Of a stretch of DNA of 64,000 bases, positions 13,101 to 26,967 are shown piece after piece. A program made the position numbers and the translations under genes. Source of the stretch: Paramecium tetraurelia (lineage: Eukaryota); assembly GCA_000165425.1 (NCBI GenBank), contig CT868030.1, positions 496,001 through 560,000 of the forward strand, written 5' to 3'. Under the pieces are notes generated by a model. That model was given only the letters and a program-made list of their open reading frames with translations. It was not told the origin of the DNA and made no database searches. Numbering within the stretch: the stretch's first letter is position 1; the number at the start of each line of letters is the position of its first letter.

Positions 13101-13834
13101 ATGCAAAAGTAATAAGATGAATAAGAAGATGGTTTTGTGAGTTTTATGTTGGAAAAAGATGATTCTTAACTAATTAACCCTGAAGAAACCTTACTAAAGT
13201 AAAACAATGATCAGGACTATAATTTATAATTGAGTCGGCAGTTTTATGGCTAAAGAAGAGAAAGTACTTCTGTTACCATAACCAAAGCGAATAAATTAGA
13301 ATAAATAAACCCAGCTATTTTGAAATAAAAAATCATCCAAAGAGCAATCATTACCAATTCGCATAGAAGAAAATTAGCTGCTTCTGTACCGACAGTCAGT
13401 GAATAATTGCAAAAGGTATTAGTTTCTTGTAATTATCTATTCCCCTATTATAGTAGATCTAAAACCTCTTATCGTCTCGTAAACCTAAAATGTAAAATAG
13501 TATCTAAACTAGCTTTAACAATAAACTCACCTTAACCCAATATATTAACTAAATAAAAAATTCTAATATGTATCAAAACCCTTTTAAACTCGAATTGCCA
13601 ATCGCAAATAAAAAAATAAATATATTTGAACCAAGAACTTATAGATTAAGAATAGAAGATTCTAAGACTGATCAATAGAATCAATTTACATAGAATTCGC
13701 ATAGAAGTACATTAAATAGCAGTACAAAAAGCACAGCAAAAATAGAAAAAATATATGATATTTCTTATCCTATTAAAACTGATGCAGGAGATGACAACAT
13801 ATACAAGATTTCTTACAGATATAAATAATAATGA
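13101..13834 (+). CDS. Hypothetical low-complexity protein
   Basis: ATG at 13101 (MQKQQDEQEDGFVSF...), ends ...KTDAGDDNIYKISYRYKQQ*; intron structure not resolved. Confidence 0.5.
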
Positions 13835-14185
13835 AGTACCATAAATAGTTTTGATTTTCAATAAATATTCAACAAAAATATGTATTTCATTAATCTAATC
13901 TATTCTATTCATAATTGATTCTTAAATTTTTTGTTTTTATGAAAATACTTTTATTTTTCTATTGTTTTAAAAAAGGCTCAATTGTTCAATAATTTGTATT
14001 TCAATATAATTATCACATTTTATGTCATAACTAAATGTATGATCATGATGATATTATTATATTTATTAAGCTTATTTTTAAAGAATCTTATAAATTTGAA
14101 GGAAAATGAAATAAAAAAAGACATTTTCTATTTCTTAAGTTATTATATGTGAAAAGATAAAAATGTTATTGTATTGTTTAATAAA

Positions 14186-14874
14186 TCATCTTGTAAAAAA
14201 CTTTCCTCCTTCTTTGTTTCTTGAATAACCAGGATTTGTGCTTTTTGAATGAGCATCATTAAACACATAAGGTGATTTTCCAATTCCTGGCAAGCAATAA
14301 CTGAATATAGATAAGATAGTTACTGATTAAATTCATATTATTTAAGCAACTTTAACCTTTTTAAGTTTTAAACCTGATTCAACAATCCCTTTTGCTTGAG
14401 GATTATATCTCCATTCTTTACTATGTCGTCAATAATATGATTTTAGATAGCTGCCTTGGGTACGGAATTAGTCCTTTCATCAAATAACAATGTTTATTGG
14501 AGGTTTTTTAATGTAACAGTTTTCTTGCTAAGTTGGTTTATATTGTTTTAATTCTAATTCTAATAATTATATTAAGGGGTCTGAAGATTCTCAGCAAATT
14601 AAACAGATTGATTGGGCTTTTCATTTTTTAAGGAGTTTTATTAGAGAAATCCTGGGTTATAGGCTGTTCTGCTTCTGCTTTTGTCTGTATCCATAAATTT
14701 ATCTAAAATCGAAGTTTTCGGTTTTGCTTAATCTTTTAAGATTAGTTACTCAACAGCATTAGGCTGCGTAGACATATAGACTTGATATTGGTCATTCACT
14801 TGCAAAGGCTCATTTTGGTATTAGAATGTGGGTAAGGTTTTATTGTGAATTAGTCTATAATTTTTAGCACTCAT
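14186..14874 (-). CDS. Putative ciliary microtubule-associated protein (C-terminal TNPGYSR..GG.F motif)
   Basis: Ends NDAHSKSTNPGYSRNKEGGKFFTR*, recalled as similar to the CFAP276/C1orf194 C-terminal motif; one tiny intron near 14310-14330. Confidence 0.55.
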
Positions 14875-14900
14875 AATAATAATTAATTTAATTTAATTGT

Positions 14901-16868
14901 TCAATTTAGCATTTCCAGCAAGCAATTTTAAGCATCTATTACAGTTTGTTTAGCTTCTTTCATTCCATTGATAATATCAAAAGATAAAAATCCATGTGGC
15001 ATAGATTAGTATTCAATCAACTTGGCATCCTTTTTTTATTAGACAAGTTTAAGTAATAATCTCAAACTTTCATCATGAAGTGGGTCATAAGTTCCTACAA
15101 CAATTCTAGTTTTTGGAAACAGTCTCACGATTTCCTCACTCACTGCAGAAGGTGATAGCATAGGATCAATTGTTGGATTAAATTCTTTCATCACATAGGA
15201 GTCTAAGCACAATTTTAAGACCGTATGGTGTAACACTAAGTATTACAAATAGTCTTACAGGAATCATCAAGAGACACTAAGAAACTAGGAGTAAAAGACT
15301 TCATATCTAATGATAGTGCAGGATAAGCTAACAAGATACCATCAGGTACTCTAACTCCTGCCTTTATTGCTTAGATAGTCAAAGCTGCTACTAAATTACC
15401 TCCAGCACTATCTCCCACTAATACAACTTTAGATGGGACAATATTGAAATATTTCTAAATGAAAGTAATTATAAACATATAGGCTTGCCAACAGTCATCC
15501 AATCCTGCAGGATAGGGATTATCAGGTGCCATTTTGTAATCAATAGAAAAGATTGGGACTTTCATGTTATTAGCCCATTTTCTAGTATAAGTTTGATGTG
15601 ATCTTGATGACATGGCCACAAAACCTCCACCATCTATTGGATATAATTTATGAATATTTACGTATGTGAATCACTATCTTATCAAAATTAAACTCTTTGC
15701 CCCTGGTACTTTTGAACATTGACATAAATCCATCTTATCCTTTAAATTTCAAGGATTCATGGCATAGAAGCCTAACTTAAACTCTATCTTAATTTAAATC
15801 GTTTTTTAATAATTCATCAATTGTAATCATTTATTCTGGGAAAAATACTCCACAATCATTATTTATTTTATTGATTGTTCCTTTATTATATTAATCAAGG
15901 ATATATTCTTTAGTAATCTTTCTAAATAATTTAGGAATGTAAATTTTCTTATTGAAAGAAATTGAAGGAAAAATGGCTGGTAGGAATTTCTTTATTATTC
16001 CAGTTTCAGGTAAATTCCAGGTCTTAAAAGCATCTTCCTTTTTAGCTTCTACTAGAAAATGATCGGCTCTGCTTTTCATCTTTTTTTTATTTAATCCATA
16101 ATATAAGGCTCCAAATCCCTCCATAAAGGATTTCTGTAATTCCCCACTATATTCAGAACCTTTTGAAATCATAGCAGTTCCAAGTAGGACTCCAAACGAG
16201 GCTTTTTCATAAGACTTCTTGATCTATTCATCACTTGCCAATTGTTTTTTTTCGATAAAAGGATTAATCATTTACCAATCTTAATGATCCTAGGGTATGG
16301 CATATAAATCATCATGTTTAACTGTTGTAGCACCAGGTAGGATTTCAACACATGATTATAACTTGGCTAAATAGATGGCAAGACCTCGTTTCTGTTCTTT
16401 CTGAAGCTATGAAAAATTATCAATTAGCTCTAGAATTTTTTCCAAAATTATGTGATTCATATAATCAAGAACTAAATTTGTTGAGTATTAATTTAATTGA
16501 TTTGTTGTGCATGTGATATTTAGACTACTGACACTTTGTTCCACAGCTAGAACTTTGTTTTCAAGCAATTATTTAATGTTCAAAATTTACATCAATCCAA
16601 TTGAAGCCACCTAAACTACTTATACAGCCTTTGAGCATAAATCCTTGTTCTTATGATTTTCTAATGTTATATCCTAAGCTTTCATCAGTAATTGATTTAA
16701 CTTCATAATGGAACTTTAAATGTTATCTTACAATTTATCTACAGCATTTCTAGAGAGGATATTCATTTAATGATTTGGTAAAACAAATACTTCACTTTAA
16801 TCTTGCTCGGCGTCCAAAATGTATTTCTCCACACTGTCCTATATATCTTTTTGATCTATGATTTACAT
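14901..16868 (-). CDS. Hormone-sensitive-lipase family esterase (alpha/beta hydrolase 3)
   Basis: IHIHGGGF (split by an intron), FSIDYKMAPDNPYPAGLDDC, GDSAGGNL, DPLHDE, PHGFLSF. Confidence 0.93.
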
Positions 16869-16994
16869 ACTTTATAAATTAATTTAAATCTTAGAGATAT
16901 TTTTTATAATTTTCGATAATGAAGCAATATGTAATAAAAAATATTTATAGGAAGATTAGAAAAAAAGATAAATCCATATTGGATATTAGTATTA

Positions 16995-18478
16995 TCATTT
17001 CTTTTTCTTTTTCAAACTTTAAATAAGGTTACTAAATTACAAATTAAAGAGATACATTATGATTCCTTTTTTGACTTTCTCATATTTTTAAAGTAAGGAC
17101 TCCTATCCCTCACCATTCTCAATAATTTCTTTACCCTCAAAATTGGAAATCCTCTCATCATCAAAACTTTCCTTTTTTTATAAAATATCCTGTCTGCTCC
17201 CTATAGGATCATCGCAAACGGACTTCTAATAATTTGGATTCAATGATTAACAGTAATTTCCAATGCTGCTTTGCTAAGTCAAGCTAGAATTCTTCCTAAT
17301 ATCATCCCTTTGAAAAGTATTATTCCTAGAAGATAATGGAGGTGGTGCTAGAAAGTTTTAAGAGCTCATATTTAAGTAATCCTTTTACCCATGTTAAATA
17401 GCACCGGATAATTACTTTTCAATAGATTTTTTCATCTCATTTGAATTGTTGAACTAAATATTTTATTTACTTAAATTTTAATTCGTATCTGATTGATAAT
17501 GTGTAGATTATTTGATTTCTGACCATTCATAATTTCCATCAATAACGATATTTAGGTTTTCTGCTGCCTTTCTAAGCTCTTGCACAATCATCTTGTAATC
17601 AGGTTCTTGTTTAAATTACAATCTTCGAATCGAACTATTTTTAAATATGGTTAAATCTACCTATAAATCTTTTGAAACTCTGGAACTTGATCTTTAAACA
17701 ATTCATTTTCAAGAGACAACTTCAATTCTCCAACCTTTTGTGTTCTTTCCTCGTCTGTTACATTGACCATGTTCTACCAAGGTAACTACCTTTTTTATAA
17801 TTGTTCTATACCCACGCAAGAAATACAGTAAAATGTACATCAGTGACTCCAAATCATCTTTTCGTCCTAATTCGTGACCCAAATGAGCTGCTATTGAGGC
17901 ATATCGAGTAGTTCCTAAAAAGGACTTTTGATCTTTAAACATGCTATATTGGATTGGGATAGGTACATGTGTCTTCCACTGGCGTCTCTATAAACTTTGC
18001 TGATTCCAAAATCGATCAGATATAACTTAGAAATCTCATTGCCAACTCCCAACATCATATTTTCAGGTTTCAAATCTCTGTGTATTACTCCTTTTGAATG
18101 AGCTCTCTCTAAAAGATTAACACCCTGGATTCCAATAGTTAAAACTGATTTTAGATTGAATTTCTTGAGCTATTTGAAATGGAATGCCAAATCTTTTCCT
18201 AACAATTAAATAACAAGTATGTTGTAACCCAGGTCTTCCCCTGACCAATAGTATTTTGGAAATCCCTCACTTCCGTCTAGAATCTTTATTATTTGCACTT
18301 CCCGGTCCAAAGATTTGACCTCCTCATTCTCCTCCTTCTCCACCTTTATAGCCACATCTTATTTCGAAACGATGTCCTAACCCAGAAACACTACTCCAAA
18401 TGATCCAGAAGACAACTTCTTGACTATGGAATACTAGTTATTAAACACTTTGGTTTTTGATTACTGCTGTGGGTTCAT
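16995..18478 (-). CDS. Casein kinase 1 family protein kinase
   Basis: [59 protein letters not shown]; several tiny introns. Confidence 0.95.
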
Positions 18479-18513
18479 TTCAATTAATAATAATTTCTTA
18501 AAATAAGCAAGAA

Positions 18514-18990
18514 ATGTCTCAATTTACAAAAGCAATAACACCAAAGAAAATCTTCATGGTCGAGAAAGGGTTTTATTCGATAAATTTAGAAGATGGAACT
18601 ATTTAGAAGTTAGGACCAGAGAAGAAAAATTACAAGTTACCTTCCCATTCCTAAAACAAATCTCTAAACGTAGGAAAAGATCTACTAATAGCCAAAGGAT
18701 AATAAAATTAAATTGCCACCCAAAGAGTATTGACTCATTTGATTATATATAGAATAATTAAGAAACTAGAAAGAATAAAGAAAGTACTAGAAAACTTAAT
18801 TCACAAAGGAATAATTGATTAATTGAAGTTGAGAATTTAATTATTTATTACCTGTCTACCTTCTTTGCATTTTAAGTATCCTTCAAAAAATACCTAAAAT
18901 CATGGCAAGTTTCATCCCCATCTTTTGAAAATATCCTGTTTGGTTTTCCAATATTATTATAGTTTAGAATAAAATCATAATAATTGAAGC
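18514..18990 (+). CDS. Hypothetical protein (3' end uncertain)
   Basis: Code-6 ORF from ATG 18514 (MSQFTKAITPKKIFMVEKGFYSINLEDG...), divergent from CK1; splice pattern and stop not resolved. Confidence 0.35.
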
Positions 18991-19109
18991 AATATTTGCG
19001 TCTCTGTGTTTCAGATGTTAATGAAGAAATATAGTATTAAATATTTAGAAATTGTTTCGTTTAAAAAATAATACTTAAAATTATTTTATTTAATAATTAT
19101 TCGATATGA

Positions 19110-22100
19110 TCATATGTCTTGAAGAGGCTCCTCTTTTTTCTCTTAAAATTAATCCTTCTCTGCTTCCGCTATCTCCTAATCTTCAATCACCTTCTATTCA
19201 TTTCCTATTTTGAAATATGTGTTGAGATCGTTCTAAGTAATTAAGAAATAAACTAAATGTAAAATTGGAGTTTCTTGTTGTGTCTCAATTTATTTTCTGC
19301 ACCATGGATACAATAACATTTTCACAATACTTTGAATTGGGTCCAAGATGATGAAGTAAATGCCTATGCATATTCCGTAGAATTGCATCCAATCTTCCAA
19401 ATATTGCTTCTCCTTTCCAATTGCCTAAATCATAAATATTTAATTTACTCTGTCAATTATGCTGAAAAAGGATATCGTTAATATACAAAGCGAGGCTATT
19501 GTTCCTACAATAATTTAGAGTAATTTTCCTGAAAAGATTGCCTTTACAATCTTGACTACAAGTGCAGATATCTCTGAAACCAAAATGATGATCCCATACT
19601 AATAATATATGTTGGGTTCGCTCATCAAAACACCAGAAACTGACATCATCACAATTAGTTTCAAATATATAGCAAGAAATCTGATAGGTCTTAAAACATA
19701 ATCATCGTAGTACAAGAAAACTGAAACCAATTCCTCCAGTTTCTAAAATATCTTAATTACAATCATACCAAAATTCCAACCAGGATGAATTTAATACTTA
19801 AATCTTAAATCCCAATGTCACTATTTCCATATATAGGTTATGCTTCTGTTTAAGTAGTATTATTTTAAAAGGATTTCGATTCTGAAAGAAATGTTTTAGA
19901 AGCTTCTTCCTCTTATTGGGCTCTTCTTTTTTTGACTCTGTAAGAAAATATAATTTGAATTCTCTCCTTCTCCATTTCTTCCTCCTCCAATTTAATTTTA
20001 TCAGCATTTGATTTGTCCATAATCACTCCAAGTATTGACAACAATAACAGGCCTCCAGTCAATGCAACTAAGTATTCTCCAATAATAAACTCCATAAAGT
20101 TAAAATAAGCTAAAATCTATAAGACTGCTTTTACTTAAGAGTTAGGGTTTTAGCAAAGCGATTTCCTCGACGTAGAAAGGTCTAATCAAAGTGGTTTCAC
20201 TAAAATATGGACAGATGCACCAAACTTTGAATTGGAAAGTCTTTGTTAGATATTCTACTCTTCTAGTGCAATTAGAGTCATCACTAATCCACTTGGTTTT
20301 TTTCTAGTTTGAAATATCTTATGAAATTTACTTGTGCACATTAATATTGGTTGAGAATACTTAAACTTGAATTTGGAACAATAAAATCAGCCGAAAATTA
20401 ATTTGCTTCTAACTCATCTACTAAATTCATTATCGTCTTATTTTAGACCTCATAGATGAAGGGTATGTAAAGAGGGAATGTTTAATCAAAAGCATAAGTT
20501 CCAGTGAAATTAAAGAATTCATCGTCTACCATGTAAGGGTTGACTGCATATTTATGTACGACAATTAGATATTGATATGTTGAATTCAATTAGGCTAGCA
20601 ATCTGTAGTTATCATTTAAATTGAATTAATCTTTGAAATAAGCATAAGAGAGCAGTTATAACTTAATAGATACAAACTGTGTATTGTACTCTAATGGAGA
20701 CTCATTGATTTTGCACAACTTTTGTAATGAATCTGTAATAGATATCAATTACTTTTATGTAAAGTTAAATTGACTTCTATATTTGGCCAAAGTTTCCGAG
20801 ATAGTTAAGTTGGAGAATCCAAATAATTCCTCTACTGTGTAAGGTTGGATAAATTTATATACATCATTATATTTGGTAAGTTGCTAATCAATTGTGAGAC
20901 CATTGGTTTTTTCTTCTTCCTCTTACGCATCCATTTCTAATGCTAGTTCAGTATGATTCAATCTCCACATCTTTAGGGTTGTGTTAATCAACGTGTTATA
21001 TGCGAATTCAATATCAGTAACATTCAATTTAAAGGAAAGGACTGCACTGAATTAATTCAATTGCTCAATCAATGTAAAATGGGCATAATCAATATCAATT
21101 AAACTTGACAAATCGCCATAGTATTCCCTTTATTATGACAAGGCTAGAGCAGCCAATAACTTAGTTTTAAATTAGAACGAAACATCTATAATAGATTACA
21201 ATTTTGTTTAAATGAGATTTTATTTTTCAGTTTCATTTAATAAATACATCTAAAACATTGTTCGATCATAAAGATTGAGTATTTTATTTCTTGAATAAAT
21301 GGCCTCCAAATCCTCTATTACTTAAGATTTGAGTTTGGCGTACAAGATCCTCATTGTAGGGGCCATGTCTGTGTAATTAAAGTTATTATTTTAGAATTCA
21401 TAATAGAAGGCAAGCAATTCTAAACTTGAAGCTATAACCTCCAGTTTTCCAGTATATTGAGTAACTGAAGTCTTGAAATCATTGACAGATATTAAGTAGG
21501 CCTTCCATAATTTATATTATGGTGAATTTCCTAAAACTGCAGTCACATTACTAACTGCCCCTCTTGAGTCCTTTATACTAGCCATAAGCACTATATATGG
21601 TGTGGAAGTTTAGGAGGAATCAAACCCAGAAGGTAGTCTGCATATGAACGAATTAGAGAATTGATAATCAGTTAAAACAATTTGATTTAGGTTATTGGAT
21701 TACATGAGATCTCGTTGGTAACTCTCTTACGAGGTATACATGCTCAATCTATATTGTAGGGGCAGATCCAAATCCTCCGCTTCATCTATAGTGATATTGT
21801 ATTCGGTTTCAATTGCCACTCCAGTATAGCTAGATATTGTTATTTTGGCATTTTAGGGAGGATAATTGAACATGATGGGCAAGATTGCCATTTAGTAAAA
21901 GGATAAAGATTGCTGGATAATTTAGATCGTACACGTCTATACTGGCAATGCAGTTGGTAGGTAATCACTTAATTTCAAGGTCTTTTGAGGATATTTTAGA
22001 AATTGCTTTGAGATTTCCTAATCATCATAAATGATTATTAGAGTGTAATTGTAATAATGGATAAGATTTGAGTTGGGAATGAAAGTAAAAGTGATAGGTT

Positions 22101-25100
22101 ATTTGAGATCAATATATCTAGTCTAAGCAGCAATAGGAAATTCTGGAATCAACTCATCTACTGATTTAAATGAACAAATCACATTGCTTACATAAGTAAA
22201 ATATCTTTTAATTAAATCCTTGTAGGCAGTTACTGAGACTTAGTATTATTGACCTATTTTGAATATTTCCCCTTCTAAAGTGATACTAGTTGCATTTTCT
22301 TCGAAGACTACTGCTGTTCCATCATTCAACACACATGAACTATTAGTGGCTATTTAAATGCATTTCCAAAGTAATCCAATATTCGAATCACTATTATAAG
22401 AGGATCCTTCATCTAAACCATCCCAATATTAAGCTTCTAGAGTTAATGATTAGCCTTCTGAAATGAATCGATCCCCACCCAATATAATCACAGAAACTCC
22501 TACATAGTCTATATCAACTGTAAAATTAAGGTAAGTATAAATATCAACTGTTTTATAATTATGAACTTCTTCCTATACTGCTCCTTCATCTGCATTTGGA
22601 TCATCAGTTCCTGTTGTATCAGTTCCAGTTCCTGTTGAATCTGTACCAGTACCTGTTCCTGTACCTGTTCCTGTATCTGTTCCTGTACCTGTATCTGTTC
22701 CAGTACCTGTATCTGTTCCAGTACCTGTTCCTGTATCTGTTCCAGTATCTGTACCAGTTCCTGTATCTGTTTGATCAGGCACCTACTAATCAAAAATTTC
22801 GATTGTATCTTGATACATTAATTATGCCTATATTAGATATCTTGTATCTGGGTATCCATCTTAGGGTTGCATTTTGAAATAGTGTTATTTATTTGATATC
22901 TACTCTGTGATGGTATCTCCAATCAGAGGTTTGTTATCTGCTGGTGTAGATTCAATTTGCACCCAATAGAGAGTTAGATTACTAAATTACTCTACAATTT
23001 TAGATGATTGGCAAATTTAATAATATACTGTAACAGGAATGATTAATGACTACTTAAAATAGTGGTTAAAATTAGTTATGCTGGCTTAGATAACTGGTTG
23101 AACCAATCCAAGAGTTTATAACTTAAAAGTTTAGGTGTTTGTTTTTGTGGCAAATGATAATGCGGTTACTTCGAAGGTATAATTGGTGAAATTTTAGAAT
23201 ACTTTAGAATTGAAAGTTAAAGTATCCTGATTGTTATGATTGACATCACTCAAAATTAGTTGTATGCTATCAATAATGGTTTAATTAGCATCACTTTCTT
23301 TCAATTTCCAGTCTATCTTTGACAATTGTCGTTTGCCTGCAAATTTGATGTTTGTTACACTTAAAGTAACTGCCTTACAAATATAAACAGGATATAATGG
23401 TCCATCAATAGTAAATTGGGGTTAGAAGATATCTACAGTAGGTAATTGGAGTACACTCAGAACATATTTTTTGATTGGAGTCTTACAGCCATCTTTTATG
23501 AATATTTTGTCTGTCAATTAAATTTCCTCCATTAGATTGATTTAGGATTCATTTCCAAATTCTATATCAATATTGGTACCATTATAAACACATTTAGGAC
23601 TTAATCCAAATCTTGGATATTGAGAACTGGCAATTATTTTGATACATAACTCTTATGGGGTAAAAGTTTAATAATCTTGAGATACATATGATGTGTTTGC
23701 TTTGATAAAGAATATACTTAAAGATTCAGTTGTTTCATCCAATGTGACAAGGACTTCAGCAGTGTCACAAGTTTCACAATACTGACTTTTCGGTATTGGA
23801 GTACCATCCGATGGGCAAACACATTTTTTACTGCTATCAACTACTCTATTACCTAGACAAGTGAGACAACCGAGGACATCACATAAATCACAAGGTTCCT
23901 AACAATCTAGATAGATGTAATAATTGTACTTTTGCAAATCAAATCAGTTCCAACTTCATAAAATTAATCATCACATTAACACGATTTATCCGCATTACGA
24001 TTAGCTCCTTTGCATTATGAACAACTAGTAGCAGATTTGTCACAAATTTCACATCTCCAATCACATGAAAGGCAAAGAGTAACTCCGTTATCATAATAGC
24101 CATTTTAACAAGGACAATTATTAGCAGGATCATCATATCTATTAACACCATTTGGACAAGTGAGACACTACTTATCATCTCCACATGTTAGACAATTCCA
24201 TTTGCATGGTTAACATGCATAATCATTGTCTAAATATTAATTAACTGCACAGTTCAAACATTATTTAGCAGGATCCAATAAATTATCTTTACAATGTACA
24301 CAATCCACTGGAGATGCTTAACATTAAGAACATCCATATGTTTAACAATTAACTCCAATTCCAATGATTTATATTAACAATTAGTCTACTACAGTATAAT
24401 CACTAGTTGTAGCATATAGTTTATATTTATTAATTTGAGAATTGAATTCACTTTGAATAGCAATATTTTTGATGTCAGCACTTTTGTATCCCATAATGGA
24501 CAATCCATAAAAATGATTAGGTTAATAATTTTTGAAAGAATAGTGAGTATAATTTTATTTATGTTCTCCATTTTATGTAATCCACAAAACATTAATTTGA
24601 GAATTGAATGATTGAGTCAAAGTTTCGAATTCTTCGGATATTAAAAGGAAACTATAATAAATTTTGTTGATTTGAAGATCATCTTTGATTTTAAAATCTA
24701 CAAGCAAATATTTATTTATGGTATCAATAGTAGTAGTATAAGTAAGTGTAACATTGCTAACTCCTTATTTAAATTGCATCCCATTATAAAATGGAATGAT
24801 TTAGGGATACTATAATTTCATGTTCCATTCATTCAATAGGATCTAGATCTAATGTATTCTATTTCCAGTTCCAGTGCCAAAAGTACTAGTTGTATCATAT
24901 TCTTCTTGCATTAAAACAAACAAATCAGTTTGAGTGGTTGCAAAATAGTTAATTACTAAATTTTCAATGATGGTTTGATCCCATACTTCAACTTAGAGTA
25001 CAAATGTTTCTTAAGTGATCTGAGTAGCCATCAATCTATATGAATCGCCTTTCGAGAACTTTATCTCTTTCATGGCTACGATGACAGAAGGGATGCTGGA

Positions 25101-26883
25101 GAATATATCTTTGAAGGATATTTGAAGTTCATCTTTTCTATAACTGAATCCACTTTTGACATAATTGAGTATTGCATAGTAAATGCCAATTTCAGTGCCT
25201 TCAACTTCATCAAATTCCTTGCATTTAATTTGTTTCCCTGTTCCTATATAGCCATTGTTTGGACAACTGCAAACTCCACCACTAAGTTATAAGTTGTTGA
25301 TACATTGCAAACAAACTGTTGGCGTTAGATTGTTGCAAGTCTTACACTTTATGTCACAACCTGGTAGACAAATCTTCCTAACTGCATCTGTTACGCCATT
25401 TAGAGTTGTGCAATCAGAACTGGTAATACACTTAGTGCCAGACAAGAAGTAGCCATCTGCGCAAAGTAAACAATTGTATTTAAATGCTTTTGGAGCAGAC
25501 AATAAACAGGAAGTATCTCCAACTTCTTTGCTTTTATGGTTAAACACTCTGGCTCCTTAATGCAATTAGAAATTGACAATCTTTAGAGACTTCCCAACTG
25601 GAATTGCATCTCTTTTACCGAAGATCAGTATATCACTATCTTAAACAGGATAATAGACAGGAATAGTCAAATCAAAACTTTGTGGATCCTCGCTATTCTT
25701 GTATACTGTCAACTTAGTCAAGGTACCATCCTCAGGTGCCATTTTATCGTAATTGAAGATTAGAACAAAGTAATTCCATTGACTCACACTAAACTATACG
25801 TTAATCGAAAACTTAAGGTTTTCCCTCATCACAGTGAAGAAATAATAATTGTCTATTGCATAATAAGTGAGGTCCAATTCAAACATAACAACACTGTCAA
25901 CCATTCTCTGCAGGATAGCAAAGTTGATACCAGCATCAGCCTTCACCCAAAAAGCCAAAGTAAATCTGTCATATAGAAATCTTTTAAACGGAATATTTAT
26001 AGAGAGAGGCTGTCCTATAGTGAGAGCTTGATCTGTCCAATCAACGGTTATGTCATGTTGAACATCCTATTCACCGCCACTAAAATCATAGAGCTAGTTT
26101 CCACTCATTTAAGTCAGTGGGTAATTCAAATAAACTCCCATTTTATCATAGCCATACATCAGAGATTGTAAATTGTAATTACTCACCATCTGCACATCCA
26201 AATAGTATTAAAAACCAGATACACTCCCACACCAAGATCTGCCTTTGATAGTGTCGTTTCTATAGGGACCGTTTTAAGCAATATATAATTTCAACTTGTC
26301 TCTTTTTAAGAAAGGTTAAGGCAATGTTTCATTAGTGCAGTACTTCAATTGATTTGGACAGGAGTATGTCGAATTGTAAATGACGGAGTAATCCGTATCA
26401 AATACTCCCAACGAGTATTTCAAGAACAGGAAGTCGTAGGACACATATACAAATAACCATTTATCGTCCATCAGGTTTTCCGTATTCACATTGATGGATG
26501 GTCCTTATTTCAGAAGCTAATCTTATTAAAACAACTCCAAAGTGGAATTTACTCCATATTTCTTTAAGCCAAACGATACTATCCTATAATTGTAGGTGTT
26601 ATCATTGTCACTTAAATGAAATAGGTTACTTGCATTATACAACAGTTCCTGTCTTGAAGTATCAAAATACAACCAAAACCCGAATCCAATCGATAAGGCA
26701 TCATCCATCTTTGTGCCTCCTAGATCCTACTTTATAAGACTAAACTACCTTGTAATCAAATATATATTGACTGTTTCTTGTAAAATCGCAGGTTCCTTTT
26801 ATCGTCTCAGTAAACAGGTAATTTCCTTTATAATATGCCACCAGAGTTTATAATAACCCTGCAAAGAGAAATATGAAATTCAT
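19110..26883 (-). CDS. Large polycystin-1-like surface receptor (signal peptide, LamG-like regions, Cys-rich repeats, REJ, GPS-like motif, about 5 TM)
   Basis: Signal peptide MNFIFLFAGLLQTLVA; CxxxCxxC furin-like repeats at ~23750-24350 and ~25220-25520; REJ motifs DLDLPLQYR and SIKDSRGAVSN; GPS-like C...W...C...WCIC at 20185-20340; TM helices with ELVSVFLYYDDYVLRPIR and DWMQFYGICIGIYFIILDPIQ. Confidence 0.85.
22605..22775 (-). repeat. Coding tandem repeat (GT/DT dipeptides, GTGTDT units)
   Basis: 6-bp-period array of ACAGGA/ACAGGT/ACAGAT-type units encoding TDTGTGTDTGTDTGTGTGTDT... Confidence 0.95.
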
Positions 26884-26967
26884 AAGGTTCTATTCTAATA
26901 TTTGATAATTAATTATTAAGTATTATATATAATTTAATAACAAAATAGAAACACCCCAATCCATCAA

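Noticed and set aside
22509..22877. QEQV-repeat and LYLF-repeat ORFs, or a CRISPR-like array
   Set aside because: Alternative frames of the GTGTDT coding repeat; the period is 6 bp and there are no unique spacers.
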